A stretch of DNA of 36,781 bases, taken from NCBI GenBank assembly GCA_026015225.1, contig JAOZGV010000127.1:1-36781 (forward strand), given 5' to 3'. This DNA comes from Candidatus Bathyarchaeota archaeon. Lineage in GTDB: Archaea > Thermoproteota > Bathyarchaeia > 40CM-2-53-6 > RBG-13-38-9. Shown in pieces: positions 26,861-35,318 of the stretch (positions are counted from its first letter, which is position 1; every line of letters begins with the position of its first letter). The notes beneath the pieces were generated by a model. It worked only from the letters and a program-made list of their open reading frames with translations, did not search any database and was not told the origin of the DNA. The translations under genes were made by a program, and so were the position numbers.

Positions 26861-28066
26861 TTGATCAGTAGATATCGATGGGTTATTCTATCCTTGGCAT
26901 TTTTAGCATTTGCAACCACCTATATGGCTAGAATGGCATATCCTCCCCTTATTCCAGAGATGAGTATTGAATTAAATCTGACTCATGCTGAAGCTGGAAT
27001 GCTTATGTCGGGTTTTTTTATGGGCTATTTGGCTATACAGTTGCCAATCGGATTCGTTTCGGATAAAGTTGGGGTTAAGCGAATTTTTACTATCTCCTTG
27101 GTCCTGACAGGGATCTTATGCATACTTACTGGCTTTGCCGGATCTTTTTCAGAGGTTCTTATCTATAGATTTTCAAAAGGTCTAGCCGCTGGGTGCATTT
27201 TTGCTCCAGGTTCAGCATTGATATTAAGATGGTTTCCTCCAAAGGATAGGGCCATATCAATAAGTTTCTTCCAAATTTCGGTTTCATTTGGAACTTTTAT
27301 TGCCCTTTCATCTTCTGCTGCCATATCTTCATTTTTTGGTGGTTGGAGTTGGTCTTTCTGGATATTAGGGATTCCATCCATAATTATTGCCATACCTTCA
27401 TTATTTCTTCTAAGAGAAAAACCTGATGAGACTTTTGAAGGCGAAGTGGTTGACGGGGGAAGAGAAGTTGGATCATATTATGGCTTTGTGCTGAGAGATC
27501 TACGCATGTGGCTAGTTTGTATAGCTACAGTAGGAGGTGGCGCTGCATTTATAGGGTCTCTTACTTGGATTCCAACATACCTTGTAAGGATAGTGAATTT
27601 ATCCGAAGTTTATGCAGGCTCAATATCCTCTTTACTGGCGCTTGCTGGAATTTTTGGAACGCCCATTGGCGGATTTATTGCCGATAGAATTCTCCATAAG
27701 AGAAGTCCCATAGTTTTTTTAGGAATATTTGGTTCAGGATTAGCTTGCATATTTTTTTCGATCGTTGTGCCATCTGATCTTTATTCAGCTATAGCTTTGT
27801 TTATTCCCATCCCATTCTTTTCTGCGGTGTGGTGGATTGGCCCATCGCTTTTATCAGAGTGGTTCCCCTTAAAAGTTCTAGGAACCGCTACAGGCATTCT
27901 AAACTTTATGACGATTTCTGGATGTGTATTAGGTCCATTTATCTTTGGTCTTATACTAGATCTAACTAATTCATTCTCTCATGGATGGTTTGCTTTAGGA
28001 GCGATTGCCTCTCTTTCTGCATTGTTAATGATACCAATAATGTTGCAGGATTCGAAGAATGTATGA
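26861..28066 (+). CDS. MFS transporter
   Basis: 401-aa ORF that is very hydrophobic, with about 12 predicted helices by eye. An MFS-like loop (SDKVGVKR) follows TM2. The substrate is unknown. Confidence 0.8.
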   Translation: MISRYRWVILSLAFLAFATTYMARMAYPPLIPEMSIELNLTHAEAGMLMSGFFMGYLAIQLPIGFVSDKVGVKRIFTISLVLTGILCILTGFAGSFSEVLIYRFSKGLAAGCIFAPGSALILRWFPPKDRAISISFFQISVSFGTFIALSSSAAISSFFGGWSWSFWILGIPSIIIAIPSLFLLREKPDETFEGEVVDGGREVGSYYGFVLRDLRMWLVCIATVGGGAAFIGSLTWIPTYLVRIVNLSEVYAGSISSLLALAGIFGTPIGGFIADRILHKRSPIVFLGIFGSGLACIFFSIVVPSDLYSAIALFIPIPFFSAVWWIGPSLLSEWFPLKVLGTATGILNFMTISGCVLGPFIFGLILDLTNSFSHGWFALGAIASLSALLMIPIMLQDSKNV

Positions 28067-28129
28067 TGCGAATTTATATTAATCCAAATTCTAAAAAGTT
28101 AATTAAATTGCGTATTTTCAATTAGATAA

Positions 28130-28324
28130 TTATTTCTTTGTCCGATCTATAATTTGAGCCATCAGAGCATTAGTTCTCACTGATTCTATTCCTTTCATGC
28201 AGGCACCTTTGCTTTTATATGCCTCCCCCACTGCAATAATTTCGTTATTTGGAGCCATCAATCTAAAGCGGAATTGTCCTCCAGCGCGCGCGCTAAAGCC
28301 TAATACAGAACTGAGCATCTTCAT
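28130..28324 (-). CDS. DUF1508 (YegP-like) single-domain protein
   Basis: 64-aa ORF. GGQFRFRLMAPNNEIIAVGEAYKSKGACMKGIESVRTNA matches the remembered YegP repeat pattern (yrFrLka.NgeiI..seaY.sk....gIesVk.na). Confidence 0.65.
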   Translation of the reverse strand: MKMLSSVLGFSARAGGQFRFRLMAPNNEIIAVGEAYKSKGACMKGIESVRTNALMAQIIDRTKK

Positions 28325-28652
28325 GGAAGTACGTCTGGTAATTCTTCTGACACCAATTACAACTTCTCTAAAGTTACTTTAAATAATAATCCCAGTCTCA
28401 ACAACTCTTTTCGTATCCTTTTCAATATCATCAAAAGCCTTAGCCAAAGGATCGACTACATCATAAAATTCAGAAGTGATCTTCTTTTTAACTGGCATTC
28501 AAAACTACCTAAGTATATATAGATATATCAGATTTTTTTCTACTTGCTTAAGAATTATCTAAATAGATGATGCTAATAATGAGTGTTTTGATTTAAGGAT
28601 GCATATTCAATAATTTTAAGGCTAACAAAAGAACAATATATTTAGTATTAAA

Positions 28653-30191
28653 GTGATCAGAATGATAAGAAAGATTTCAATTCTATTTATAATAATCCTA
28701 CTTTCAATAATTCCAATTTGCATTCAAGATACTATATCACTTGAAGCCCCACATATTGAGGGAACAAAAACTATTTCACCAACGCGTGTTCTTAAAGAAC
28801 AAAAAATAACTGTCACAATCAAACTTACTGGTGAAGGGGACATAACCTTAGCCCCTATCGATGTAGTTTTAATCCTTGATAAATCCGGTAGCATGCGCGG
28901 CGATAAGATTATAGATGCAAAAGAAGCAGCAAAGTCATTCTTAGATTATACCTTTGATGTTGATAAGGTCAGTCTAGTAACATTTAGCAACGATCCAAAA
29001 ATAAATTTTGACTTACAATTCATGAATTCTGCAAATGAGGATCTTTTAAAAGTTGAAATAGATGATATAATAGCATCGGGATCTACGAATATTTATGATG
29101 CTATCGTAACAGCTAATGAAATTCTGACTGATTCTCCAAGAGCGGGTGTACCTTTAGTAGAAATTCTTCTAACAGACGGAGCACACAATTATCCATCTTT
29201 TCTTTCAGACAGTGATTTCGAATCTTTAGCCGATCAAACCAAAAACAAAGGCATCATCATTTATACTATAGGGTTGGGAGAAGATGTAAACGAAAAAAGA
29301 CTTGAGTTGATCGCAAACACCACAGGAGGTAAATACTACTTTGCTCCAAACTCAGAAGATCTTGGAGATATTTTTGAAGATATTGCGAGCTTTTTAAATA
29401 TTGCCGGCACAAATATCGTTGTTTCTGAGACCATACCTTCTTATCTATCTTATAACGGAGACGCTTCAAAAAATCCTGATGAAACAATCACAAATAATGG
29501 GATAACTCTCAAATGGAATATTGGTACGCTTTCAATAGGAAGAGAGTGGAATGTTACTTATACAGCCCAAACAAAAGAAGCGGTAGAATCTAGCGATCTT
29601 GTTTCACAAACACGTATAGATTATATAAAAACAGATTCAGCCTCAACCACCATAAACCTAGAACCAGGCTTAATTTATAATGATATTGCACTGACATATC
29701 TAGCAGCTGAGCATGAAAGAGTGACTCAAGGGGACATAAATGAAATTACAACCACAGTAGAGAGTCAAGGATCTGTCCAAAGAACCTTTGATCTAGAAAT
29801 TAGGTACGATAGTACCTTAATCAATAGTCAATCCTTAACATTGAATCCCGGTCAGACAAAAAATGTAACTTACTCATGGAATACCTCAAGTGCAGAAGTA
29901 GGGAGATACACCATCACTGCAACCATTGATCCTGATCAACAAATTTGGGAGCAAGACAGAACAGATAATACAGCTACTACTGAAGTTGAAATATCATCTG
30001 CAAGTCAATATCCATTCATTCCAATATTTATTGCAGTCTTAATATTGCTAACTGTACCCATAGTTGCGGCGGCTATGTATTCAAGACCAAGAGGAGGCCC
30101 TCCCAGATGCGAGGAATGTAAAGAATTCTTGTTCTATGATAAACGAACAAGGAGATGGTACTGCCAGCGATGCAGACGCTATGTTTTATAA
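28653..30191 (+). CDS. Membrane-anchored vWA (MIDAS) plus CARDB-like domain protein with a C-terminal TM helix and cytoplasmic Zn-ribbon
   Basis: 512-aa ORF. It has an N-terminal signal/anchor (ISILFIIILLSIIPI), the MIDAS motif VLILDKSGSM...GSTNIYDAI...LTDG, and a CARDB-like block (NDIALTY...NPGQTKNVTYSWN...GRYTITATIDPD...E.DRTDN). A TM helix (PIFIAVLILLTVPIVAAAMY) precedes CEEC...CQRC. Confidence 0.8.
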   Translation: MIRMIRKISILFIIILLSIIPICIQDTISLEAPHIEGTKTISPTRVLKEQKITVTIKLTGEGDITLAPIDVVLILDKSGSMRGDKIIDAKEAAKSFLDYTFDVDKVSLVTFSNDPKINFDLQFMNSANEDLLKVEIDDIIASGSTNIYDAIVTANEILTDSPRAGVPLVEILLTDGAHNYPSFLSDSDFESLADQTKNKGIIIYTIGLGEDVNEKRLELIANTTGGKYYFAPNSEDLGDIFEDIASFLNIAGTNIVVSETIPSYLSYNGDASKNPDETITNNGITLKWNIGTLSIGREWNVTYTAQTKEAVESSDLVSQTRIDYIKTDSASTTINLEPGLIYNDIALTYLAAEHERVTQGDINEITTTVESQGSVQRTFDLEIRYDSTLINSQSLTLNPGQTKNVTYSWNTSSAEVGRYTITATIDPDQQIWEQDRTDNTATTEVEISSASQYPFIPIFIAVLILLTVPIVAAAMYSRPRGGPPRCEECKEFLFYDKRTRRWYCQRCRRYVL

Positions 30192-30268
30192 TACTAGAAC
30201 CTATCAATATTTTTTTTATAAGTATCTAACTTCATTGGACAATGAGTGGGGAAGTTTTTTAATAAAGT

Positions 30269-30277
30269 GTGCGTGCT
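30269..30277 (+). repeat. GC-rich intergenic motif GTGCGYGCT, exact copy
   Basis: GTGCGTGCT lies in the convergent spacer between the vWA gene and the radical SAM gene. Confidence 0.6.
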
Positions 30278-30379
30278 TGTATTTGTTTACGCCGTCATTT
30301 TCATTCTCGAATTGCCTCGTATTTTAAATATCTGAATGCCAACTATTACAAATTTTTATCTTCATTCTCCAGAGCTTTT

Positions 30380-31303
30380 TTACCATAATCGGAGAGAGTG
30401 TCTAAAAGTTTCTCCTCTTTCTAAACCAAATTTTTTTGCTAATTCAACAACAGCTTTATATTCCTTTAAATTTGGTCTTCTTCTCAACTTTTCATATTCA
30501 TGTGCTTTGTAAGCAGGCCTATATTGATCCATTATGTTGGTGTAGGTATTTTTTGATATCTTTTCTGCAATGAATTTCAAGATTTGTTCACTTCCAGCTT
30601 CATTGTTTGGCAAAACTAGATGTCGAATAAGGAGTCCTCTTTTTGCAATTCCATCTTCGATTATCAAGTCACCTACTTGTCTATGCATCTCAATAACTGC
30701 TTCCTCGCATCGTTCAGCATAATCAGGAGCATCTGAATATTTTTTTGCAGAATCTGAGGAACCATATTTCATATCGGGCATATATATATCAACGATACCT
30801 TCTAGAAACTTAATAATCTCAGCACTTTCATATCCACCACAGTTCCAAACTATTGGTAAATGTAAGCCTTTTTTTATTGCAAAATCAATCGCATTAACAA
30901 GTTGAGGTGTGAAGTGTGTTGGAGTTACAAGATTAATATTATGACAACCTTGTTCTTGAAGATAGATCATGTAATCAGCCGCTTTCTCTTCACCAACGGC
31001 GTTACCATAACCAAGATGACTAATATCATAATTCTGACAATAAATGCATAGCAGGTTACAATTTGTTAGAAATATTGTTCCGGAACCGCTAGAACCGACA
31101 AGAGGTTCTTCCTCACCGAAATGGGCATTAAAACTCGAGATCATCAAATCCTTGCCGGATTTGCAATAGCCCTTTTCCCCCTTTAATCGATTCACTCTAC
31201 ACTTTCTGGGGCATATCTCACAACTTTCGAGTATGCGATATAGTCTATCAATCTTCTCTTTTAATTTACCTTTCTTACGCGAGTTTAGATAAACTGGTTC
31301 CAT
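30380..31303 (-). CDS. Radical SAM protein, PflX/COG1313-like
   Basis: 307-aa ORF with N-terminal CEICPRKCRVNRLKGEKGYC and the radical SAM CxxxCxxC motif (CNLLCIYC). Confidence 0.82.
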   Translation of the reverse strand: MEPVYLNSRKKGKLKEKIDRLYRILESCEICPRKCRVNRLKGEKGYCKSGKDLMISSFNAHFGEEEPLVGSSGSGTIFLTNCNLLCIYCQNYDISHLGYGNAVGEEKAADYMIYLQEQGCHNINLVTPTHFTPQLVNAIDFAIKKGLHLPIVWNCGGYESAEIIKFLEGIVDIYMPDMKYGSSDSAKKYSDAPDYAERCEEAVIEMHRQVGDLIIEDGIAKRGLLIRHLVLPNNEAGSEQILKFIAEKISKNTYTNIMDQYRPAYKAHEYEKLRRRPNLKEYKAVVELAKKFGLERGETFRHSLRLW

Positions 31304-31361
31304 CTGGCATCAATAAAATTATTTTCATCCTATATAATTTACAAATGAAAAAGGAATATTT

Positions 31362-31370
31362 GTGCGTGCT
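31362..31370 (+). repeat. GC-rich intergenic motif GTGCGYGCT, exact copy
   Basis: GTGCGTGCT lies 9 nt beyond the stop of ORF 31379-32347 and about 60 nt upstream of the radical SAM start. Confidence 0.6.
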
Positions 31371-31378
31371 CAAAATAA

Positions 31379-32347
31379 TCATTTAGACACTTGACTATCT
31401 CTAAGGATGGTGCTAGCCACTTCAAGATCTTCTTCAAGTTCTTCTATAGATCCAGTTCCGATCATGCACATATCAACTCCTATTTCATTATAAACATACT
31501 CTAAAGCTTCCTTTGGTTTTATTCTTCCCCCAGCAAATGGTTTAACGCCAACTATTATTTTTTCTTCTTTTCTAGCATTTTTTATACACTTTTCAACTTC
31601 TTTTTTTGTTGGAAACATCATTATTCCAGATTTATTGACAGGGGCAACATACCCATCATGCTTCTTCACTCGCTCCTCACTTAATAATTGAAAAGTAATT
31701 CCTAAATGATGGGAGCCTAGCAGAACCCTGTATCCAAACTCATGAGTTCTATCCAGAAGTTCTTCAAGTAGGTCCATTCTACACAATGCTAGAAAATCGG
31801 ATTCTGATCCAGGCTCAATCCAAGCAATCTTATGAGTTGAGAACCTAATCATCTCATCCTCCCATTTACTCCAATCAATCTTCAGTCCTCTATCCAGCTC
31901 TTTTAAGTCATAAGGTTTGGCAGTGCTAAAATTTTCTCTCCAATCATCTCGACAATTCAATATTGGATCCTCATAATAATTCGCTCTGATGTTTTTTCCA
32001 AAATATTTTAACTCATAGGCCAGATGGGTAGCCCATCTTCTGTAATCGGTTATTCTTTCTCCACTTAGTGTCATCGGAATACCTGCACATGCCATTAATG
32101 GGATCCTTATATCTTGTTCATCCTCTAATTCCTTTAACGATTGTAGGTGGATGGGAGAAAGTTCATTAAAATCTTGAGAGGAACAAGCAAAATATCTAAT
32201 ACCATTCTTAAGTGCAATTTTCATTATTTTCTTGATTTCCTCTTTGTCTGAGAATTTTTCTTTGTATTCCCTATCTTTATCTTTGCCCTGATAACTTATA
32301 CCGAGTAAAGGCAGATTGCCAAAAATTACTTTTTCTAGTTTAAACAT
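31379..32347 (-). CDS. Hypothetical protein (faint aldo/keto-reductase-like TIM-barrel flavour; family not recognised)
   Basis: 322-aa ORF, co-directional with the radical SAM gene and 75 nt upstream of it. Coding is supported by length and composition. Only a weak resemblance to AKR N- and C-terminal blocks was seen. Confidence 0.6.
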   Translation of the reverse strand: MFKLEKVIFGNLPLLGISYQGKDKDREYKEKFSDKEEIKKIMKIALKNGIRYFACSSQDFNELSPIHLQSLKELEDEQDIRIPLMACAGIPMTLSGERITDYRRWATHLAYELKYFGKNIRANYYEDPILNCRDDWRENFSTAKPYDLKELDRGLKIDWSKWEDEMIRFSTHKIAWIEPGSESDFLALCRMDLLEELLDRTHEFGYRVLLGSHHLGITFQLLSEERVKKHDGYVAPVNKSGIMMFPTKKEVEKCIKNARKEEKIIVGVKPFAGGRIKPKEALEYVYNEIGVDMCMIGTGSIEELEEDLEVASTILRDSQVSK

Positions 32348-32387
32348 ATGCTTAGAATAGTTTCGCCAGTAATTAAAAGACTTGTTG

Positions 32388-32396
32388 AGCGCGCAC
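32388..32396 (-). repeat. GC-rich intergenic motif GTGCGYGCT, exact copy
   Basis: The plus strand reads AGCGCGCAC. It lies about 40 nt upstream of the start of ORF 31379-32347, in the spacer after tdh. Confidence 0.6.
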
Positions 32397-32477
32397 TAAA
32401 AATAATTAAAAGGTCAATTCAGATGAGGTTTATTTTCAGGAAATGCACCTAAACTTGAATGTACGATTTTGCAACTC

Positions 32478-33515
32478 CTAAGGAGTTAATATGACTTTTG
32501 ATGCTTCGCCTTTCATGATTAACTGAAAACCTTCCTCTGCCTTTTCTAATGGGAAACTATGGGTAATCACAGAAGTTAGGTCAATTTTCTTATCAGAAAC
32601 TAGTCTTTGAACTCTATACCATGTATCGAACATATATCTTCCAAACACACCTAGAAGGTCTATCTCCTTGTAAACAATAAATGAGGTGGTATCCAAGGTT
32701 GGATTTTCAGGACAAACTCCAAAGAGAACTACTTTACCGCATTTGGCAACGATTTCCAATGATTGCTTAATAGTATTAATAGAACCGGCCGCTTCAAAGA
32801 CAATATCGGGTCCTCGTTTCCCTAATATTGATTTTACTCTTTCTTCTACATCTTCTTCAGCTGCATTAATAACGTCTCTAGCAGCACCAATCTTCTTTGC
32901 GATCTCAATTCTATACGGCTTTATGTCCGTTGCCACTACTTTTGATCCCAGCGCATTCATGATTTGCTGGATAAATATGCCAATTGGACCGCATCCCAAT
33001 ACAACAGCAGAATCTCCCGGTTCAGGATATGTTCTTTGAACTGCATGCATGGCCACTCCACAAGGTTCGTAAAGTACTCCCTCCTCATGGGATGTACCTT
33101 CGGGTAATTTATAGGCGATAATTTCGGGTATTACTGCATATTCTGCGAAAGACCCTTCATAAGTGTGGACGCCAAACACCTTCAGATTTTCACATATATG
33201 CATTCTTCCAGTTTTACAAAAATAGCACTGCTCACAAGGAATGTGAGTTTCACCCGCAATAATATCTCCAGGTTTAAGCCTCTTTACCTTCTCCCCGATT
33301 TCAACAACATCTCCACAAAATTCATGCCCTATGATAGTAGGGAGCGCCCAATTTCCCTTGATAGCCTGCTCATCCCATTTATATTGATGAATGTCAGAAC
33401 CGCAATATGCTGCTGCCTTGATGTTAACTAAGACATCTCTAGACCCTACTTTTGGATCCTCAACATCAGTAATTTCAATTCCTGATTTTGGTACTCTCTT
33501 TACAACAGCTTTCAT
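32478..33515 (-). CDS. tdh: Zn-dependent medium-chain dehydrogenase, L-threonine 3-dehydrogenase-like
   Basis: 345-aa ORF with catalytic Zn ligands (CGSDIH, GHEFCG), a structural Zn loop (CEQCYFCKTGRMHIC) and a Tdh-like YKWDEQA. The Rossmann motif is GCGPIG. Confidence 0.8.
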   Translation of the reverse strand: MKAVVKRVPKSGIEITDVEDPKVGSRDVLVNIKAAAYCGSDIHQYKWDEQAIKGNWALPTIIGHEFCGDVVEIGEKVKRLKPGDIIAGETHIPCEQCYFCKTGRMHICENLKVFGVHTYEGSFAEYAVIPEIIAYKLPEGTSHEEGVLYEPCGVAMHAVQRTYPEPGDSAVVLGCGPIGIFIQQIMNALGSKVVATDIKPYRIEIAKKIGAARDVINAAEEDVEERVKSILGKRGPDIVFEAAGSINTIKQSLEIVAKCGKVVLFGVCPENPTLDTTSFIVYKEIDLLGVFGRYMFDTWYRVQRLVSDKKIDLTSVITHSFPLEKAEEGFQLIMKGEASKVILTP

Positions 33516-33601
33516 TTTCCTAATCCACTATCTTGTTCATTATCATTGATATTTAAAGATAAATGCTAATACTATTAGAATGTTCAAATTTACTATAAAA
33601 G

Positions 33602-33613
33602 TGAGCGCGCTCA
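33602..33613. repeat. Perfect 12-nt palindrome TGAGCGCGCTCA (motif relative)
   Basis: It lies in the divergent spacer between tdh (start 33515) and the hisI-like gene. Confidence 0.55.
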
Positions 33614-33764
33614 TGTCACTACTAAGAATTGATGCGATGAGTGGGATTCGGAGTCACGGAATAATGCCGGCTGGATCTATTAGAAATTGAATAGTTATTC
33701 AATTTTGTTTGCTCAAGAAAAGAATAATAGAACGCACACTAAATTTTTCTATGATGATAAAAAT

Positions 33765-34094
33765 ATGAGTGAACTCGAGCCAAAAAGCGTGAAATATATA
33801 TTTAATGATAAGGGAGAAGATTTAATTCCTGCTATTATTCAAGATTTTGATTCTAAAAAGGTCTTATGCGTATATTATATGAATGAAGAAGCTCTAATGA
33901 GAAGTCTGAGATCAAGAAAGATATGGCGATATAGTAGAAGGCAAGAAAGAATTATGATGAAAGGAGCCAGATCTGGCCACCCAATGGAAATAATAGAAAT
34001 ATTGCCAGACTGCACAAGCCAATCACTTCTAGTCAAAGTTAAAACAGAAGGCCCAACTTGCCTTACTGGCAAAGAAAGCTGTTTTGATGTATAA
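33765..34094 (+). CDS. hisI: Phosphoribosyl-AMP cyclohydrolase (HisI)-fold protein with degenerate metal motifs
   Basis: The sequence aligns end to end with remembered HisI: GEDLIPAIIQD...VLCVYYMNEEAL...KGARSGH...DCTSQS...CLTG..SCF. I prefer the ATG at 33765 (MSELEP...) over the TTG at 33687. Confidence 0.65.
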   Translation: MSELEPKSVKYIFNDKGEDLIPAIIQDFDSKKVLCVYYMNEEALMRSLRSRKIWRYSRRQERIMMKGARSGHPMEIIEILPDCTSQSLLVKVKTEGPTCLTGKESCFDV

Positions 34095-34131
34095 TTTTCT
34101 TCTAACGAGGTTTAGAAGAACTTCGGAGTCA

Positions 34132-34181
34132 AGCGCGTGCTAATGATTAGTGTGCACTAAAATAATATCGATAGCGCACGC
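34132..34181. repeat. Inverted pair of motif relatives (AGCGCGTGCT ... AGCGCACGC)
   Basis: The copies are at 34132-34141 and 34173-34181 and can pair at 8 of 9 positions. GTGCAC at 34152-34157 lies in the loop, and a T8 run follows. The pair is in the convergent spacer between the hisI-like gene and the amidinotransferase gene. Confidence 0.55.
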
Positions 34182-34221
34182 ATATTTTTTTTAAAAATAA
34201 AAAGATACGATTTACACCAGT

Positions 34222-35265
34222 TCATCCACTAAGCCTTCTCACCAACGGATGAGTTGAGCACCTAATAGCGCCGCCGTCTTCAGTATGGTTACCAAAGAAA
34301 ATGCGGTACACGTTAATGCCTTCCGCTTCTAGTTCATTCTGGACGTGTTTGCCATCGTATTGTTCGTTGTATGGAAGGATATAGTGATTGGGATCAATGG
34401 GCAATCCATTAGTTGCCAGCCGCTGGGCATCATTTTCAGAGACTTCAATCAACTTCCAATCATTAAAGTATGATGGTATTCCGTTTACAAAAGCATCTGG
34501 ACAAATGATAGCCAGATTAGGACGCACTATCGAAAGAACCACGTCCAAATGCAAGAACTTCTCTCTAATTAGCACCCGCTCTACATCATATCCCTGCGGT
34601 TCTAAGATGGATTTAAGCCAAGTACAACCCAACTCACTTGAGCCCACAGTGGTGTTAACGGAGGTACCCACTAAAATCTTCTTTCCAAGTATATGTATGT
34701 CTCCACCTTCCAGTAGTGGAAATGTATTTTTGTTATAACTACCGCTTTCGAACATCTTGCTATAGTCCAATTTGGGCATGGCAAACCACTTAGCGTTTGA
34801 ACCCAATACTCGATCCATAAACAGTTGTCGATATGCTAGCAGATCGGCTATACGTGTAAGAGTAGCGAGATTCAGTTCGATCACATTGTCTCCGATAACT
34901 GCTATCGGGTCGCGAGAGTATTGGAGTACGACTCCGCAGTATCGGATGGCATCTTCCCCTAGGTTGATAACTAGCTGTTCACGTGTGAGAACCTCGGGTC
35001 GCCACACTCTGATGCTATGTTTTTGAAAAATGGCGATAAGCTCTTGATTTTCCTTCTCCATGGCATCGTATTTTCCAATCTCCATGGAGGATTTGCCTGA
35101 TCTTTCGATCATTTTTTCACGTTCACTCTCTGGCAGTATTTTAAGTGCCTCCTGTGCCCAATCAGCCACTTCCAAGTCGGGATAAATCATTAACGGCACA
35201 CCGACGATAACCTCTTTTAGATCGCCATATTCATAATCTACATATATTTCAGATTTCATAATCAT
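34222..35265 (-). CDS. Amidinotransferase / guanidino-group-modifying enzyme superfamily protein
   Basis: It has a C-terminal catalytic-Cys context (GGAIRCSTHPL), FLHLDVV and LLEGGD. I prefer the ATG at 35265 (MIMKSE...) over the track's TTG at 35283. It is GC-rich relative to its neighbours. Confidence 0.75.
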   Translation of the reverse strand: MIMKSEIYVDYEYGDLKEVIVGVPLMIYPDLEVADWAQEALKILPESEREKMIERSGKSSMEIGKYDAMEKENQELIAIFQKHSIRVWRPEVLTREQLVINLGEDAIRYCGVVLQYSRDPIAVIGDNVIELNLATLTRIADLLAYRQLFMDRVLGSNAKWFAMPKLDYSKMFESGSYNKNTFPLLEGGDIHILGKKILVGTSVNTTVGSSELGCTWLKSILEPQGYDVERVLIREKFLHLDVVLSIVRPNLAIICPDAFVNGIPSYFNDWKLIEVSENDAQRLATNGLPIDPNHYILPYNEQYDGKHVQNELEAEGINVYRIFFGNHTEDGGAIRCSTHPLVRRLSG

Positions 35266-35318
35266 GGAGCCCTTCTTTCTCAATTGAATAATAGTAATGA
35301 CATATTAATGCGCGTTTA

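Noticed and set aside
23677-28381. Possibility that TAA is read through or recoded, given the two in-frame TAA interruptions at 23677-23679 and 28379-28381.
   Set aside because: TAA is also a normal terminator of well-delimited genes in this window (for example purM at 1412-1414). Two cases are easily explained by pseudogenisation or by chance frame sharing.
33613-33690. A 25-codon upstream ORF (MSLLRIDAMSGIRSHGIMPAGSIRN) ahead of the hisI-like gene, considered as a leader peptide.
   Set aside because: It has no His-rich or other attenuation-type codon run and no SD. It is too short to assess, so it is mentioned only in connection with the palindrome it overlaps.
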